The notes below the pieces were generated by a model that had not been told where the DNA came from, searched no databases, and saw nothing but the letters and a program-made list of their open reading frames with translations. A DNA stretch of 64,000 bases from the NCBI GenBank assembly GCA_030704615.1, contig CM060733.1, positions 13,888,001-13,952,000 on the forward strand, given 5' to 3'. Position 1 is the first letter of the stretch, and the number at the start of each line of letters is the position of its first letter. A program made the translations under genes and the position numbers. This document shows positions 62,977 to 64,000 of this stretch, piece by piece. Origin of the DNA: Takakia lepidozioides (taxonomy: Eukaryota; Plantae; Bryophyta).

Positions 62977-64000
62977 TCATGCAGAGACTACCGGCTTGGC
63001 CTCGTCGTCTGCCTTACGGTCTGCCTGGTCGTCGTCGTCAAACCGTCGCCTTGAGCCACGGCCCTTGAGCACATACCGCCGTAAGCCCGGCATGTGGACA
63101 CGGTTGAGGTAGTTACTCCAGTCAATTGAGCGAATATTGAACGGAAAAGTGGCTAGCTCCTCTGTTGAGAGCTGCTTCTCCAGTCGCTCTATGTTGTCCA
63201 CATCAAATCTGAAACCCGGCCCCCAAGATCCACAATACCAGGAAAATAGGTCGCTGATACAATGAGCTGAACACAAATATCTAGAGCTCTGGTCTGATGA
63301 TTACTGTCCACCCAGGATGCTTATTAGAATTTTTTTGCTAAAAGACTCGGGCATATTCTACGTCCTTTGATTGTTCAACCTTTAAATGCCTTACAAGTAA
63401 CATAGACTGCTTCCCCGTCCAACAATCCACTAAGTTTAGGGTCAATCGAAGGAACGTTAAGGATGGTCTATGGGTGAAGACAGCGCTCAAGGACAGAGAA
63501 CACCTCGTGAGATCAGAAACTAAAGAGGCAGGGCAGGCTGACCTGCCGAGATAGAAGGTGTAAGGCTTGTAGATAGTGGCCAAATAGTTAATTTGATCGA
63601 GAACTTTGATCAAAACTTGTATGCGTTTCTGTGCTAGTCTCCCTCTTGGTAGAAATCTCCATGGTAGAAGTCTGGACAGCTGCACATGATATATATACAG
63701 CCAGGTCACACCAAAGCAATGTACTATCAACACCATTTCAACGTGCATTGAAATATCTCAACTCCCAGGACAATTTTTGCCAGATTGCTCATCTCCCTCC
63801 TACAATCCTCTGGAACATCTAGAGCTAGAGGCTTGCAATTGACATCTTCTCAACAAACTGATGAATGAAGAAATTATCGGGCGTAGCTATCAGTTCACAG
63901 GAAGTGCAGTGCCTAAGTACTGATGCGAGCAGTCCTAGAGCTGATAGATTGTGATTGGAATACCTGCACAGGCAACTGATACAAGATGAACATGTAGAGC
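62977..64000 (-). CDS. FAR: Fatty acyl-CoA reductase (FAR/MS2-like), last three exons; 5' part lies outside the window
   Basis: Exons >64000-63964, 63679-63543 and 63208-62977: YLATIYKPYTFYLGR|FDVDNIERL..FPFNIRSIDWSNYLNRVHMPGLRRYVLKGRG (Sterile domain). Confidence 0.9.

Overview
Eukaryotic land-plant nuclear DNA, judged from GT-AG introns, PLS-DYW PPR, BODYGUARD, F-box/kelch and TTTAGGG. It is probably a seed-free plant such as a moss, but that is inference only. Left arm: a divergently oriented pair of WWE-domain genes, one ending in a PARP-like (ADP-ribosyltransferase fold) domain; a 5'-truncated SnRK1 pseudogene between matching inverted termini; Copia remnants; a PPR-DYW pseudogene; SINEs; and a GNA/bulb-type lectin with one in-frame TGA. 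Centre: a 21.4-kb CACTA transposon (24043-45418, CACTAC termini, GGC target-site duplication). It holds a decayed TnpD transposase, a divergently transcribed second gene and a SET-domain gene. An ~11-kb putative intron inside it is filled with an alternating inverted array of unclassified ~1-3 kb modules joined at palindromic AGTGACTGAG/CTCAGTCACT junctions, plus LINE 3' fragments. The CACTA appears to sit inside a second CACTA/Mirage-like element. Right arm: intact CWC22, a frameshifted F-box/kelch gene, a BODYGUARD-like hydrolase, a MITE and the 3' end of a fatty acyl-CoA reductase. The best candidates for something new are the transposon-borne SET gene, the modular palindromic-junction array and the WWE/PARP-like cluster. 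All family assignments come from motif recognition by eye; no searches were run.
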